Shown here piece by piece: positions 1 through 13,129 of a DNA stretch of 64,000 nt; the stretch's first letter is position 1; each line of letters starts with the position of its first letter. A program made the translations under genes and the position numbers. The stretch covers positions 52,452,001 through 52,516,000 of the forward strand of contig OZ076417.1 in assembly GCA_964187785.1 (NCBI GenBank). The letters are read 5' to 3'. Source of the stretch: Amphiscolops sp. MND2022 (taxonomy: Eukaryota). The notes beneath the pieces were generated by a model that was given only the letters and a program-made list of their open reading frames with translations, did not search any database and had not been told where the DNA came from.

Positions 1-113
1 GGTCCTTTTTTTTGCTTTTTCGATTTTCGAGTATTGTAAATTGACACTTGGAAGTCCTTTTGCTATTTTTGAGCCTTGGATATGGCGCCGACTTGGGCCG
101 GTCCCGACTTGTT
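1..113 (+). repeat. 3' end of a dispersed non-autonomous repeat (Helentron/HINE-like family, also at 19.1 kb and 52.6 kb)
   Basis: TTTTTGAGCCTTGGATATGGCGCCGACTTGGGCCGGTCCCGACTTGTT matches 19386-19432 and the reverse complement of 52608-52660. Confidence 0.6.
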
Positions 114-902
114 GATATTATTAAACGAGCTATGTTATCAAACGAGGTAATGTTATTAACTGATATCCACTGTAACACAAAAAGAATTCAGTGTAATTGA
201 GTCTTCAACAGTGGCCAGTGGTAGCAAATTTCACAAAGTTGTTTCAACTGCCTTGCGGCTATGTGCTAGCTCGATACTTCTTCACCCTTTCAGTTGAAAC
301 TTCAGACACAAAATGCAAGAAACTGACAGATTCTTCATTCAAGGTCTTCCGATTTGAATGCCTTACTTATTCTGCCAAGTTAATGTAATTTTTATGTGAT
401 CTAACAAGATTTTGATAGTTTCTGATTGATCTCACTTGACATTAGGACATTAAAAACTGAAAATAGAACCAATTTTCAACAGTAAAAACTGAATCTTGGA
501 TGTGAATGGCAACTATTTCCTCGTCTAATGATGAGAGTTCAATCTTGAGGAACGGAAACAATCACGAACCTTTTTTCGAAGTGTTTTCACGACCCAAGTG
601 GCTCAGTTAGCATGAAACCCATCTGGTTTGAAGAAAGTTACGAAGAACTCTAGCTACTTTCTTGTAAGTTTTTTGTCAGACACTTTTTGCAAAATCTGTC
701 CCAGAATCTCGCAAGATATGTCTACTTGCAAGTGATTTTGACATGTAAGGCGGTTGCATGCTTTATCTGAATCTTGACAGACATGCAAAAATGTTACAGA
801 ATATGTCTGACGTTAAAAGTTGCTCATTAGATTTTATGACGGAGAAATTTTGCATTAAACCAGGGGCCTTGCTATGAATTTTGGCTAGTTCCAGCCCCTT
901 GA

Positions 903-2261
903 TGTCGCGATTTTGTTCGCCTATATATGAATCTACTGAACTATCTCTAGACGTTTGTCTGGAATTTTCCGTGTAAAACACGTTTTGGGGTGATTTTCCC
1001 ATATTTTCTGGGTGTTTACAACTTCGGGGCTCCGTTGTAGCCCACGGGAACTTCGGTCCACCACGGTGAAATTACTCGTCCTTGGGCCCTCTTGTAGCCC
1101 GACGGACTCTCGGTTCACCACGGTGAAATAAGCTCTCCCCTGCGTATCTAACGTATTTTGGATAAAAGGAAGCACTTTCTCGGTTATTGCTGTTGTAATT
1201 GCGTTTAGTATCTGAGATTTCAAACTCGACTTGATCTCATTGAGTTTCCTTGACATCTGATTAAAAATCTCTTCACTATTCATTCCAGTTGTTTCAATGG
1301 TCGTTTTGCAATTCTCTTTACTATTTGGATTGAGTAACGACCTAAAGACTTCCCCCAACTAAATTCGAGTTTTGCTGAGGACTAATGGACCCTGAGTCCA
1401 GATTGAATTCACGATCACTTTGATCATTCCTCTCATCTTCCCTAGAGTAACTTCCTTGCATTATGTCGACATTTTCTACATCAAACATCATGTCTAACTG
1501 TCTTGAACGTCTTTCTTTAGCTTTCTGTTTTCCAGTCGAAGAAGGCATTGGAGAAAAATTGAATGATAAAACAATAAATTGACTGGAAGTCTTGGTTGTT
1601 CACTAGAATATTATTAAATTGTGTAAAATGAGTATGCAATAGCATATTCATTGGAGAATGAGTAGCAGCTAGATTGAGTTGCTTTTGGTCAAGAAGGAAC
1701 AGAATTTAATTCTGTCCTGCTGGTCCCAACTATTTATAGTTTTCCTTACATGACAAGAAAAAATGTGTTGGCCATGTTACTAAAAATAGCAACCAGGTTA
1801 ATTCAGGTTGATGACATCACCGTTACGTCACTATATGTCGTATGTCGGGTTAAACATAGCTTCAAAGAAAAACTAAGGGAGAGTGGTGACAACCGATTGA
1901 CCTAATTTATATGTAGTAAAATCTAACCAAATGCCAGTATAATATTTACATGCATTGTTCGTTTAAAGCAGCATTACATGAAGAAATAATCTACATGGAT
2001 CAGTATTTTCCTGAAGTGGACCGTGAGTCCTACAGCTACAGTAATATACTTGTAGTCTATACCACTACTGGTTACGCGATAATTCAACCGCGGTGGACTA
2101 CAATTCTACGCGGCTACATCGCAATTGGCCTAATTACTTCACTGTGATTGGATTATTAAATTAGGACAGCGAGTACATTTAGCTAGAGAACGAATTCATT
2201 TGAACTCGTTTCCTCTACTGTGATTATTGCTCTCTCATCGTTTGCGTATTGGTTTACGACA
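903..2261 (-). mobile_element. Solo-like LTR (about 1.36 kb) of an LTR retrotransposon family with an ORF inside the LTR
   Basis: Minus-strand termini TGTCGTAAA...ATCGCGACA (TGTCG/CGACA inverted ends). Homologous to 24462-25110. No PBS, PPT or TSD adjacent (flanks CTTGA / TTTCT). Confidence 0.6.
933..1548 (-). pseudogene. LTR-embedded gag-leader-like ORF (MPSSTGKQKAKERRSRQL...), frameshifted
   Basis: ORFs 1342-1548 and 933-1358 join through a frameshift. A third frame continues ...SYIGEQNRD to the LTR edge at 903. A paralogous start MPSSRKQKAKE lies at about 25073. Confidence 0.55.
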
Positions 2262-4234
2262 TTTCTATAAACAGCAATTATAACAAATAACAAAACAATA
2301 GCAGCTTTCTAGTATAGCAGACACACAATTGCGTATTATAATATAACATTTCATGTTGATCAAATTGGAGTTTGTTGTGGCTGCTCGGACTGAGTGTCCT
2401 AACGATAAAAATAGGGAGTACTCCTGGAGAGAGGTTGGTATTATCCCCTTCCAATAAGATTTGATAGTAAGCCTGCGACACTTGAAATTCCGAGTTTTCG
2501 AAAAACGTGAATGAAAAACGTAGTTCATTTTTGCTGGAAGTGTCAGAACTTCTGTAGAGACAATTGGAACATCTGAAAGAATCTTCCAAAACCTTTCAGA
2601 CAACCAATAAAAACATGTAAAAAGCTCATGCACTTTGAACAAGGGAATCCTCTAAGTATTTATAGCCATGCGTGCATTTTTTTTTATTTTCGCAACTTCT
2701 TTTCAGAAATAGAAGTGACTTTCCTGTTGTATCGCGGTTTTCGTGATTTTCATAGGATGTATAAAACAAGGTGCAAGCATTGGGGGGGGGGGGTGGATTA
2801 GTTTATATAAAAATACGAAACTTGGTCCGAAACTTATTCAAACAATGATTCATTTCTAATGATTGATGACTGGTTATTAAAATAGTGGTTATTATATAAT
2901 AGTTAGTGCATAAATAGAGTTTTGACATTGTTTTGACTGATCTGATTCGGAGACACAGGAGTTTAGCTTGGACTGATTAATTGTAAAGAGTATTGGAGGC
3001 TCTCGTTAAGTTTGGTAAATTTGTTCTGTACAAAATTTCTGTGTTAATCTGTTTGGTAATCTTCGCTCTTCATATTAATAAAATATCTCAAAATCACATC
3101 GATGTAATATTACAATCACTCACGCGTAGCAAACGTGAAAAGATAATTTTTCTAGTCTACAAAAGCTGCCTTTGAAGATGAGATTTTTCTTCGAGTTTTG
3201 ATGGGTAAAAACTTTTTTTTTTAAATTCAGACCAGAATAACCTTAAAATTGGATCATGCTGACAATCTATTCAGTATTGATGTGCATACAGATTTTCTTT
3301 GTAATACGACAACTCAATTTTGATCTACGATTAACTGGAATTGCGATAAGTATACATACAGTAGTAGAACTTTTCTGAGAAATACCCTGGAATGAAGTAA
3401 AACATTCTTTGTAAGCGTACCATTTACCATACACCATTCTAAATGTTAAGGCTTTCAAAAAGGCATGTTTTCGAATGGTATATAAATACAGTTTAACTTC
3501 AGTATCACACACGTGCACTATAGTGTAACCTTCAGAATAACGCACATATTTTGTGCCCCCGTGTTTGGTTTTCATCATTTGGTCTTTTTCGCTTATAACA
3601 CACCATTCAGAATAACATACTTGAGCGTTTTCTCCCAACGAGGTGTGTAATACTGAAGTTAAACTGTATACCTCTCCACTTTTATAGCTCTATGAATGTG
3701 TTTTCTTCTAAGAATTGATCAGTATTTGTAGATTAATACATGTACATGCACAGATAAATACATGTATTCTCAGTCTGGGTCTTACAAACTACATACGTAA
3801 AATATGTAGAATTTTAGAGCTGTTGCATTTCTGAGAAATTCAAAATTTATTTGGTCCGCAGTCGTTGGTTGCTTTTGGAAAATAAATGTAGCGTGTCGTT
3901 ACTTGGAGAAACCTTTTTCAGCCGAATATATAGTGATTTCTATCATAATTTTAATCATGATTCGGTGACATACGAATTGGAAACCGTTGCTTCGGTACCT
4001 TCACACCGTATTTTGCGCACATTCATAAGCTTATAATTTTATGGTTTGCATAATTTTATGAACAAACTTCGAAGTAACGAACGTTCGTAGAAACAAAATA
4101 TCGTCTTTCCTTCATTAAATATTGCCATTAAATTCGTTTACTGCACCGGAATAAGCAGAGGTAAGCAATTTATTTTTTTAATGATGTTGGCATGTTTAGT
4201 TGAGTTTATGGTGTACCGTTGAATATATGGTATA

Positions 4235-4760
4235 CAGAGGTGTAAAAATTTATATTGTATTGCAATATATTGCAATTAAATGCAATTAATATATTTATTT
4301 AGTTGGAGCAAAAATACAATATATTTATTGAAATAAGGCAAATATTGTCAGAGCTCTACAATATATTGCGCAAAAAATTATTGCAAAATAGAAATAAAAT
4401 TTCATTTAATATGCATTTTAAACGGACCTCCAAATTTGACTGGGTGCCTGGGACTTCTAACTTAGCGGAAAGACTTTTCAGCCATGCTCGATTCGCCCTT
4501 ACTGACTACCGCAAGGAAATGCTTCCTAATAGCTATTAATTTCGAGAGTGTAGTCTTTCTTTGTACAAATGAACAACATTGGGATGTTTGTCTTGTAAAT
4601 GAATGTTTCTCTGCCCAATAAAATATTTCACAATCTATTGTTTTTCTGAAATATTGCAGGACAATAAATAGGATATATATATTTATTGCTGAAATTGAAT
4701 AAAACAATATATTTATTTTTTTTGAAAAAATATATTTAAATACAATATTTCACACCCCTG
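4235..4760. mobile_element. hAT-type MITE, 526 bp
   Basis: Imperfect TIRs CAGAGGTGTAAAA / CAGGGGTGTGAAA. Perfect 8-bp TSD ATGGTATA at 4227-4234 and 4761-4768. AT-rich subterminal ATATTG repeats; non-coding. Confidence 0.85.
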
Positions 4761-4847
4761 ATGGTATATAAACAATATTTATCACGTACTGAGACTCCAT
4801 GGCATAGAGTATGGAATATTCCAATCATTAGCCACGGATGGTTCTTG

Positions 4848-4910
4848 AAAAACTTCCATCAAACTTCCATCAAAAACTTCCATCAAAACTTTTCATCAAA
4901 CTTATTCAAT
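4848..4910 (+). repeat. Short tandem repeat of AAACTTCCATC-like units (about 5 copies)
   Basis: aaaacttccatcaaacttccatcaaaaacttccatcaaaacttttcatcaaactt. Confidence 0.8.
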
Positions 4911-5735
4911 CGAATTTTACAAATCTTTTCTCTAAGAGGTTGACTACTATTGTTTTTTGATATGTTCAGTTACGAAAACGCATTTTTCGAACACTAAGAG
5001 CCACACGTTCGGATAAATTTGGAAATGTGCGACTTTCAGTCGAGAAAAAGTCTTGTTTGCCCTGCCTCAAACGTTCACACTACAAACATTTTGCTATTTT
5101 GTATTGTATGTTGTTTTTCGAAATGGTTTCTCTATGAACAATTCCTCTCCTCTACCCGGAAAGTTCCCAGCAAACTCTTCGATCTTCTGTATTTTCAAAT
5201 TTGCGCTATGATAGTACCGATTTCGGGTAAATATCAATTAAATGAAAAACCACTATATCCGAATGGTTTATACAGGGACAAATTTCCATTCGAGCTAATT
5301 GTTTTCAAATCTTTGTTTGTTTGCAAGATGAACCAAACTAAAAATGTTTTCCGACTTAAATTGTTGACATTTCTGTGTTAGCTAAAATGATATAGATATC
5401 GAGCATGTGTAACTTTTCCCAGATTTCTATCGTTTGATTTCGTTGTCTGTCAATGCTGGTAGCAGTGAGGCTGCGCTACTCCCAGCCTTCAACTAGTTTA
5501 ATCAATTCTCGTAGCAGCAAGGCAGTGCTTTTAACGAGATGAAGCTGGCTGCTGAGTGTTAATTATTCGTGCGCGCTGCAAAAACTCCGCGAAACGGATT
5601 ATCAGAAGTGTGTAGTTATTTCAGATGTTTTGAAAATCGGACGTTAAGGGTTGTTGTAGCCTAAAGCAGAAATATTACGCAGCCCTACAAGGGCCTATTT
5701 TACAACGCAAAAAAGCAGCTGTAACGAGTATTCTC

Positions 5736-6005
5736 TGTTCTATATCTTGGTTGGAACGAAAAAATAAGTTTGAACTCAGACTTTTTTCTTTGGTATGCGA
5801 TCTGTCAATGTACGATCTAAACTAATTTCTAGCTCAAATGATATAATCAAAGCACAGTACAATAGCATAGTATTTACAAACAGAAAGCATCATTTGAATC
5901 TGAATTGTTAGGCTGGTTTTCTGATCGAAACGAGTTTGACTGACAGTGTCACTGAAAGATTCGGTATCGGCATATGTATTGCATATATATCGGCACCGTA
6001 TTACA
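5736..6005 (-). repeat. 3' LTR (270 bp) of the decayed gypsy copy
   Basis: Minus strand starts TGTAATACGGTG and ends ATAGAACA, matching the termini of the 13130/18758 LTRs (TGTTATACGGTG...ATAGAACA). Directly follows the PPT. Confidence 0.8.
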
Positions 6006-9000
6006 TTCCCCCTTATTGGCTCTCCTCTGCTTACATTCTGGATGTTCCAGGTGTTGGGTTTTTTTTCTCTTGCAAAGTCCGCTGGTTTGGGAAGCGGTTG
6101 TGGCGTTCCTTGTAGGTTGTTCCATTTGTTGCATGTAACATTTCAAATTTGTTAATTCATACCCAAATGTTTCGAGTATTTGTAACCCGTATCTACTCGG
6201 TTGTTTGCTTTCACGGTTAGACCGTGTAACACTATTTTCGGTTGATATATTTTCTGTTTTATTCTCACCCGTATTCAATTCGCCGTCCGTGTGGAGATTT
6301 AATTCATCTTCGGGGGAAGTCGTAATTGGTCGGTAGCAGCCGTCCCGTTCAGAGGTGTCGTGATTCTCTAAATCACTTTTTTTCATCTTCTATTTCCCCT
6401 TTCTCACTTTCTGAGGCTGATTCCGTTCTTTTGTTTTGAACGATTTTTAATTTTCCGTTCAGCACATCTCTCAGGATTTCGTTCCATTGTAAGTACTTTC
6501 CGTCGACCCCTCTGAGGCAGTGTCAGTTTTTCGGAGTTATTGTGTCTCCGATCTTCTGTGCTGCTTTTCTTTCTTTCTGGAATGTAATAAGACCCGAAAT
6601 AAAATTCCGGTGAATGTTTTCCCTGTATCGGTGGTTACAGTGTGTTCCGTACCTTTTATTGCCGTTTGTAAACTCTTTTGAAATCTACCTTCAAGTGATT
6701 TCATGTGGTGGTTCTTTTCGAAGAAATGAAAAGGGTATTGACTAACCGAATTTCTCTTTTTCCGTGACTTTTCGGCTAAAGCCCTTTTGTCGTTTTTTGT
6801 TCGGGCCATAAAAATGTGGCTACCTCTCCGTCTCCTTTTCTGGTAACGTAGATTGGTGCCTTCGGTCGGTTTTTTGCTGAAACAAACATTTCCGACGAAT
6901 TTAGAAACGAATGACTTCCGGTTTAAATTACATTCGTTAGTTCGGTTCTTGGTTGCGGCCTGGTGTATTCCAAACGGTGTGATTTTCAGTCCCGTATGTT
7001 TTGTAAATCGCATTAGGTTTAGCGCTCTTATTACTCATTCGGTCAAGCATAAATTATCTTCCATGTTAGCAAATATTAAATTCTTCAATGTTTGTATTGC
7101 ACGTTCTACTGTTCCCGTACCGGTATGTAATCTCGGTGTGCTATATTCAATCTCAATGTTTTTCAATTTGCAGAATTTGTTATATTCTTTTGAGATTATT
7201 GCTCCCCCGTGTCTGTTTTTCTTTTTTCTGGGAGTCTGTATGAATTAAAATTTTGTTTAAGGAAGTTCAGTACTTCTTCTCTTTCCGACGATATACAAAT
7301 CTTCACAGTTAGCTCTTTGCTAAGTCTATGAATGACGATTGAGGTTTAGTGTTCTCCATTTAATTTTCTGTGGTTTAACTTTCCGGAAAGATCAATTTTG
7401 ATTTCTTGTCCTGGTTCCGTTACTGTTTTTAATATTGCGAATTCATTTTTCGGTATTTGATAGATTCTTACCCGATGCCATACAGCCTAAACAGATTTTG
7501 GTCTTTTCCTTTATTTCTTTTGACATTTTTGGCCACCAGAATACTTTGGCTCCCACTGTCTTCTTTGTGGCTCCGGCAAGTCCGAAGTGCAATGTGTCCA
7601 GTAACCTTCTTCTCAACTCGGTCGGTACAATTATCCAATCTTCGTTGAAAGTCAGCCCCCACTTTTTCGACACCTTTTCGAATGCCGGTCGGTAGGTTTC
7701 TCTGGGGCTGTATTTTTTGGCCTGTCTCATTGCGTCTCTGACCCTGTTCAACTCGGCATCCGTTGCAGATTTGGGGATAAGTGTTTTCAAGTCGAGCATA
7801 AAATTGATCTCGGTCTTCTTGATCGCATCTTCCGTGGCCTTTTTGTCTCCCACCATTTTCTCGATGAGTTGATTTATTTGTATGACTTGAGAGCTTCTTT
7901 TCTTTCGTTGTTTTTTGCCTTTAGCTCCACGAGCGGGAAGTTGTCCCGCTGTAGTGTTTGGCTTTTGCCCTCACTTTCTGGTTCGTTTTCTTCTATGATC
8001 TCCGGTTGTTGCTGGTTGTTGTTGTTGTTGTTGTCGAAGTCTTCGTCTTGTACTATTACTATTCGGTCGTTCAGTGGGTGGTAACCCTGCCGAATCAGTT
8101 TGCCCGTCATAACAGTTCGCCGTCGATTTCAGCGATTTCCCCTCGAATTCTTTTGTTCGGTCAAGTGGAGACCCAAATTTGTCGTTTCGCGTTCATATCG
8201 AATTTGCGGCTCATTGTCCCAGGTCTTGATGTTTCTAGTCTCCTTTCTGCCCGTCTGGGGGTATCTGTGCACTCACTTCTTCGTCTGATGATCTCCATGA
8301 TCTCGGGACGTGCGCCCCTGTGAAAATAGTCCCGGTCCATCTCTTTCTTAAATAATGGTAATTTTGGTGAGTAATTTGAATTCAAATTTGAATTTAAATT
8401 CAGGTGTAAGTTCCGGATTTTACTTCCTGGTTCGATCTTTTTTCGCCGTTTGGTCGAAGTAACTTTCGCTTGACCGTGAATTTTGTTCACGTCTCGGTTT
8501 TGCTTGGATGTTTTATTGCGTTCTGATTGGTTGTCACTTTTCGTTTCGTTTGTTATAGTTCTTTCCGGTACAGTTTGTGACTGGTCGGCGATTAATGATC
8601 CGTATTTGAAGTTTAATTCAGCTTATTCTGAGAGGATGTTAATTACATATTGCGCATCGTCTAGTCTTCGGTCGTTGAGTTATCTACCGGATTTTTACTC
8701 AAGAAAACGGTAAACCTTAGACTGCTACCGGCGATTAGTTGTATAGCTATATCAAAGTACGTGCGTCGGTCTCTCCATCTAGTTAGTTTTGCTGTGTATT
8801 GTCGGTTGCACCGGTTTTGTTCAATCATTAGTTCAAGTGCTTGGTGGTCTGTTGACAAGAAGAAATTCTTTCCGTATAAACAAAATTGGAATTTTCCTAG
8901 GCCCCACACAATTGTCAGTAATTCTAGTTTCCCAATTGAATAATTTTTCTCATTTTTAGTTCAAGTCTCTGCTACCGAATGCTATCGGTTTTATTTCTCC

Positions 9001-10000
9001 GTCCGACTGTTTTGACATGATGTTATTCCGCGTCAGGTTTTGCTCGCGTCAGTTGTAACGATATTATTTTGGTCTTTAGCGTAATGGGCTAGGGAGGGTT
9101 TTTCGGTCAATAATTTCTTTAGGTTATTGAAATATTCATCTTGTTCTGTTCCCCAGTTCCATTTTGAATCCTTCTGTGGGAGTTTTAGGAGTCTTTCTGT
9201 TCATTCCGATAATCTAGATATAAACTTTGCGAGGTATTGTATTGCACCGAGCAATGATTCCAGTTGTCTCTGATTTTCCGGGTGTTTCAATTCCAGTATT
9301 GCTTTTTCTTTCTTCGTGTTCGGTTTGATTCCCTTTTCCTCAATTTCATGTCCCAACAATTTGGTCTTATTGACGTTTAATTTTCTTGAGTCTAATGCAA
9401 TCTTTACCAGTTTATCATTTTCACGATGATTACTACCGGAGAGACAAAACACTCTTCATCCACATTATTTTCTTCTAGTAGGTGTCCGGTTTGTATTAAA
9501 TTCTCCAATTCTTTACCGACTTCTTCTTGTAAGTGTAGTGGAATAGTTCTAGCTCTATGTTTCATCGGATAATATCCCGGTTTAACTGAATGTTAATTTC
9601 GGTATCGTTTATTGTGGTATTATTTTTGAATAAGTCCAGGAGCCTTTTCGATCACTCGTTTCTTTTTTGATTGGTTCTTTTCGTCTGTTCGGACGTTCCT
9701 GATTGTTAAGTTAAATTTCTTCATCCAATCCATTCCGAGTAGTGGTGTTATGTCATCTCTTTCGGTGATCAATCTCTGCATTTTTTGTTTATTGTTCTCG
9801 TTTTCAATGTCTGTCGTTATTTGTCCCTGAAATTTTACTTCGTTTTTATTACATCTTGTTATCGATGTTTTAGTTTTTGGATTTCGGTTATCCTCAGTTT
9901 GTTTTCATCTGCCGGTATTTTTTTCCGACTTCACGTTTTTTTACTAAAATACTTGAAAGCTTCTGAGGAAAATCAACTTGATCCTCGTTTCAAGTCGTTT
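5736..10000 (-). mobile_element. Decayed, 5'-truncated Ty3/gypsy LTR retrotransposon, same family as 13130-19010
   Basis: Frameshifted homology to the protease C-terminus (ITERDDITPLLGMDW), RT start (VKIALDSRKLN), RNase H (FFLSTDHQALE), integrase (LHFGLAG...CLGC) and C-terminal tail. PPT AAGGGGGAA at 6006-6014; 3' LTR at 5736-6005. Confidence 0.9.
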
Positions 10001-10440
10001 GTTCCGAAGAATAAATTAGCTTAGCATGTTAAGCTTAGCATGTTCGCACCTTCGTTTTCTCTTTTCCGGGAATTCCGTCTCATGGCAAAACATTTTTCAA
10101 GCATGTTTTCCAACAGTTATGCCAAAAATGTCGCTTTGAGGAATTTTGTTCAAATGTTAATAATTATTGTCGAGGCATGTCAAATAATGCTTGGGAAGAG
10201 GCATAGAACTTTTAAGTAAATTTCGTGAAATCATTTAAATTTTTGGGCGATTGCTTCGAATCAGTACTAAATTAAATAATTAAATGTAATAGCAATAAAA
10301 AGTTAATTTGTTGCATTCGAACACTCTTTGAAAATGCCAGAAACTTTGGAAACACTGGCGGAAATCTCACTGGAAAAAACCAGCCTAGTTATTGTAATTT
10401 ACTCCAAACACTTTTCTCAAGGAGTAACGACGGAATCACA

Positions 10441-10713
10441 ATGATTGTGACTCGGTCAGATTCGAAGAAACGATTATTGGAAGGAAGTGCTGACTCAGAT
10501 ATTTGTGAAAACACCAACCCGAAGCAGTCAAAATTGGAATCAACTTCCGGTCACGTCATCAACAGTGACGTCATCAAAGGAGACGCCATCAACGGTAACG
10601 TCATCAACTGTGACATCATAAACGGTGGCGTCATCAGCGGTGATGTCATTAATTGTGACGTCATCGACGGTGGTGAAGGATCTCTAAGTCCAACAGATTG
10701 CTCAGAATTGCAA
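10441..10713 (+). CDS. Putative first coding exon (91 codons) with a pentapeptide x-D-V-I-N repeat; product unknown
   Basis: ATG-initiated open frame (ORF 10441-10833). Phase-0 consensus donor CAA|GTGAGT at 10714. No downstream exon identified. Confidence 0.3.
10549..10668 (+). repeat. 8 x 15-bp minisatellite (consensus GGTGACGTCATCAAC)
   Basis: Units ggtcacgtcatcaac, agtgacgtcatcaaa, ggagacgccatcaac, ggtaacgtcatcaac, tgtgacatcataaac, ggtggcgtcatcagc, ggtgatgtcattaat, tgtgacgtcatcgac. Confidence 0.85.
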
Positions 10714-10979
10714 GTGAGTCCTATTATTTTTCAATCTCGATTTTTGAAGTGCTCGTTTTTCTACTGGCATATCTTCATTTCCATTTCAACCAATTGGTTG
10801 ATTGACGTCATTCGTGAACCTCTAAAGTTTTAAACCCGAAAGTTCACTTATCAATTGATTTTTTTTCATGGTCCTTTCTCACGATAGTGAAATAGAAGTT
10901 TTAAAAAATAACCGCTGTACGTAGCCGAGGTAACTGGACAGGACTGCTTTAGTACGGACCAGAGTTGGAACTAAGAACA

Positions 10980-12950
10980 ATATTAAATGTTGCTGGGGCA
11001 GACTTATAGCCGAGTTTTTTTGAGCTTAATTTTTTTTCGAGTCGGGTATAACAATTCGGAAAATAAATCAAAAATTCATTAATTAACCTGGGCTGTATAA
11101 TTTTGGCAATTGATTCCTTTTATTTGCTCACTGTAGATTTAGACGCACGGTAATTACACATCCGCACAGCTCATAAAGCCCAGATGTCTGCCAAAAATTT
11201 GTCTGATGTTGACGTTTAGAATTCTGTTGTAAAAAGTGGTTTTTTGAATTCTCATGATGCTTATATCTGATTTTCGTTTGCAATTTACTTTCGGGTATCA
11301 AATTCGTTTTTGGTCATATTCGTCGGTTATTAAAAAATGTTCAAAAATATCGGGTCGTGTTAGGACTTTTGAAACAGGCGCTCGGGCTGGGCTTCGGGTG
11401 GAAAATCATGACCCGAAATTATGGTAGTTCTTTGTTTCTGAAGCAAGCATTGTGTAGGTTCTCATTCATTCCATTCAATAGTACCGTTGAATATTGTAGA
11501 TGGCTGATTACCAAAGCATTGGGTAGCAAAATACAAGTTTTCTCCGGGAATAAATCGCGTACCGAATATATTGTTTTAACACGATGAGCCATTTTCATCA
11601 AAAATTTTTGGACCTGATCTTGATAGGTTGGGTTTTGATCCAAAAACATTCAATCATCTCAGATGCTTCACGTGATTTAAAGGCGAGATGGTCTCACTGT
11701 CAACTTGAATTTCCAGATCTTTCACTTTGTTGTTTTTCGACAATTTGAAAAAGTATCAGATTCAGTTTTATCCCCATTAATTGTTAGACGATACAATTCA
11801 AAAAAGTCTTCCAATTTTTTGAAATTTTCTTCCAAGTTTTTCAAAGATTCTTTTTCGTTAGTATTCGTTGGTATTTTCAATACCATCAGCATTCTGTATT
11901 AGTTCATAATTCTCCTTGATTGTTTATTTCATTCAATTGATATAAATTTTGAAAAGCAAAGGCTCTAAAAGAGTTCCTTGAGGAACACCTTGGTATGTTT
12001 CGATCCAGTCTGATTTGCAGTTATTGAGCATCACTTTTTGATTTTTCCGGGTTAAATAGCTCTGTATTACCGAAATAGCGAATTTGTTAAACTCTCTCAA
12101 TTTTTCCAAAAGAATTGAATGCGAATTTGAATCAAATGCGTTAGATAGATCAAGGAATGCTGCTGTTACCAATTCGTTCTGATCTATCTTTTTTCTAAAT
12201 TTTCAGTAGCAAAATGTAGTGCATCTGTTGAAAACGAACTGAGCTTGAAAACGAACACCAGCTTGAAAACGAACTGAGAAGGGCTCAGTACATTGTTTCT
12301 TATCAAAAAGGTAATGTTTCGATGTTTTATAATTTCCTCGAGTTTTTTCGAACGAGCTGGAGTTATCGAGATGGGTCCGTAGTTACATGGGTCCTTGCAG
12401 TCTAATTTTGTGAAGATTGGTATGACATTGGCTGATTTCAAATGATTAGGGAACAGGCCTTCTAGGAACGCGTTTATCAGAAAGGTGAGAGGCTCAGCAA
12501 GCATATCCGAAGAGTCTTTTAGTGCCCAGGCTGGAATGTTTGAAGGACCCAAGGAATTATTGATGTTCGAACTTTTGATTTGTTTTCGACATTCAATAAT
12601 CCTTAGTCAGCGCATTTATCGGATGGAACCTATCTACAAACAAAGCTTCCTTTCCAATGTGAAGTTTAATTTCTGTTTCTCAGGGGAGTAACAATATTTC
12701 AAACCGAATGGTCGAGTTTAAACTGAAAATCTAAAGATTACCCTTTGAGTATTGAAAATTTTACTTGATCTACAAAACCATATGAGACCAAAGGGTTCGA
12801 TATCTCCTTCTGGCTTTTTTCGCCGCTGTGCGTTTTCATATTTCAAAATCACCAAAAGGTATTCTTTTTTTGTTTCAGATGGAAATATTTTGACAATCTG
12901 GGATTTTTTGGTTTCCATAAAAACAGCCTTCCAACAAATTTTGGGTTTTA
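10980..12950 (-). mobile_element. Decayed non-LTR retrotransposon (CR1/L2-like) reverse transcriptase fragment
   Basis: LINE RT motifs GPSNIPAWALK, ANVIPIFTK..PCNYGPISIT, AAFLDLSNAFD, QGVPQGTLLEPLLFKIYIN and a degenerate QNADG (YADD). Several stops and frameshifts. Confidence 0.9.
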
Positions 12951-13129
12951 AGCCTTAAGCGAGGTAGCGATTTTAGAGGCTCTCACCTTGTTAATGCTTC
13001 AGTTGCTAAATTTTGGTTTAGGAAAATTGTTTCAAGAAAAATTGAGGGATGCAATTTCGGTTTCCGAAGTTTGTTTTATTTTCACTGGCGAATACAAAGA
13101 GCGAAAATCATTAGATTTTCTGATGGTAT

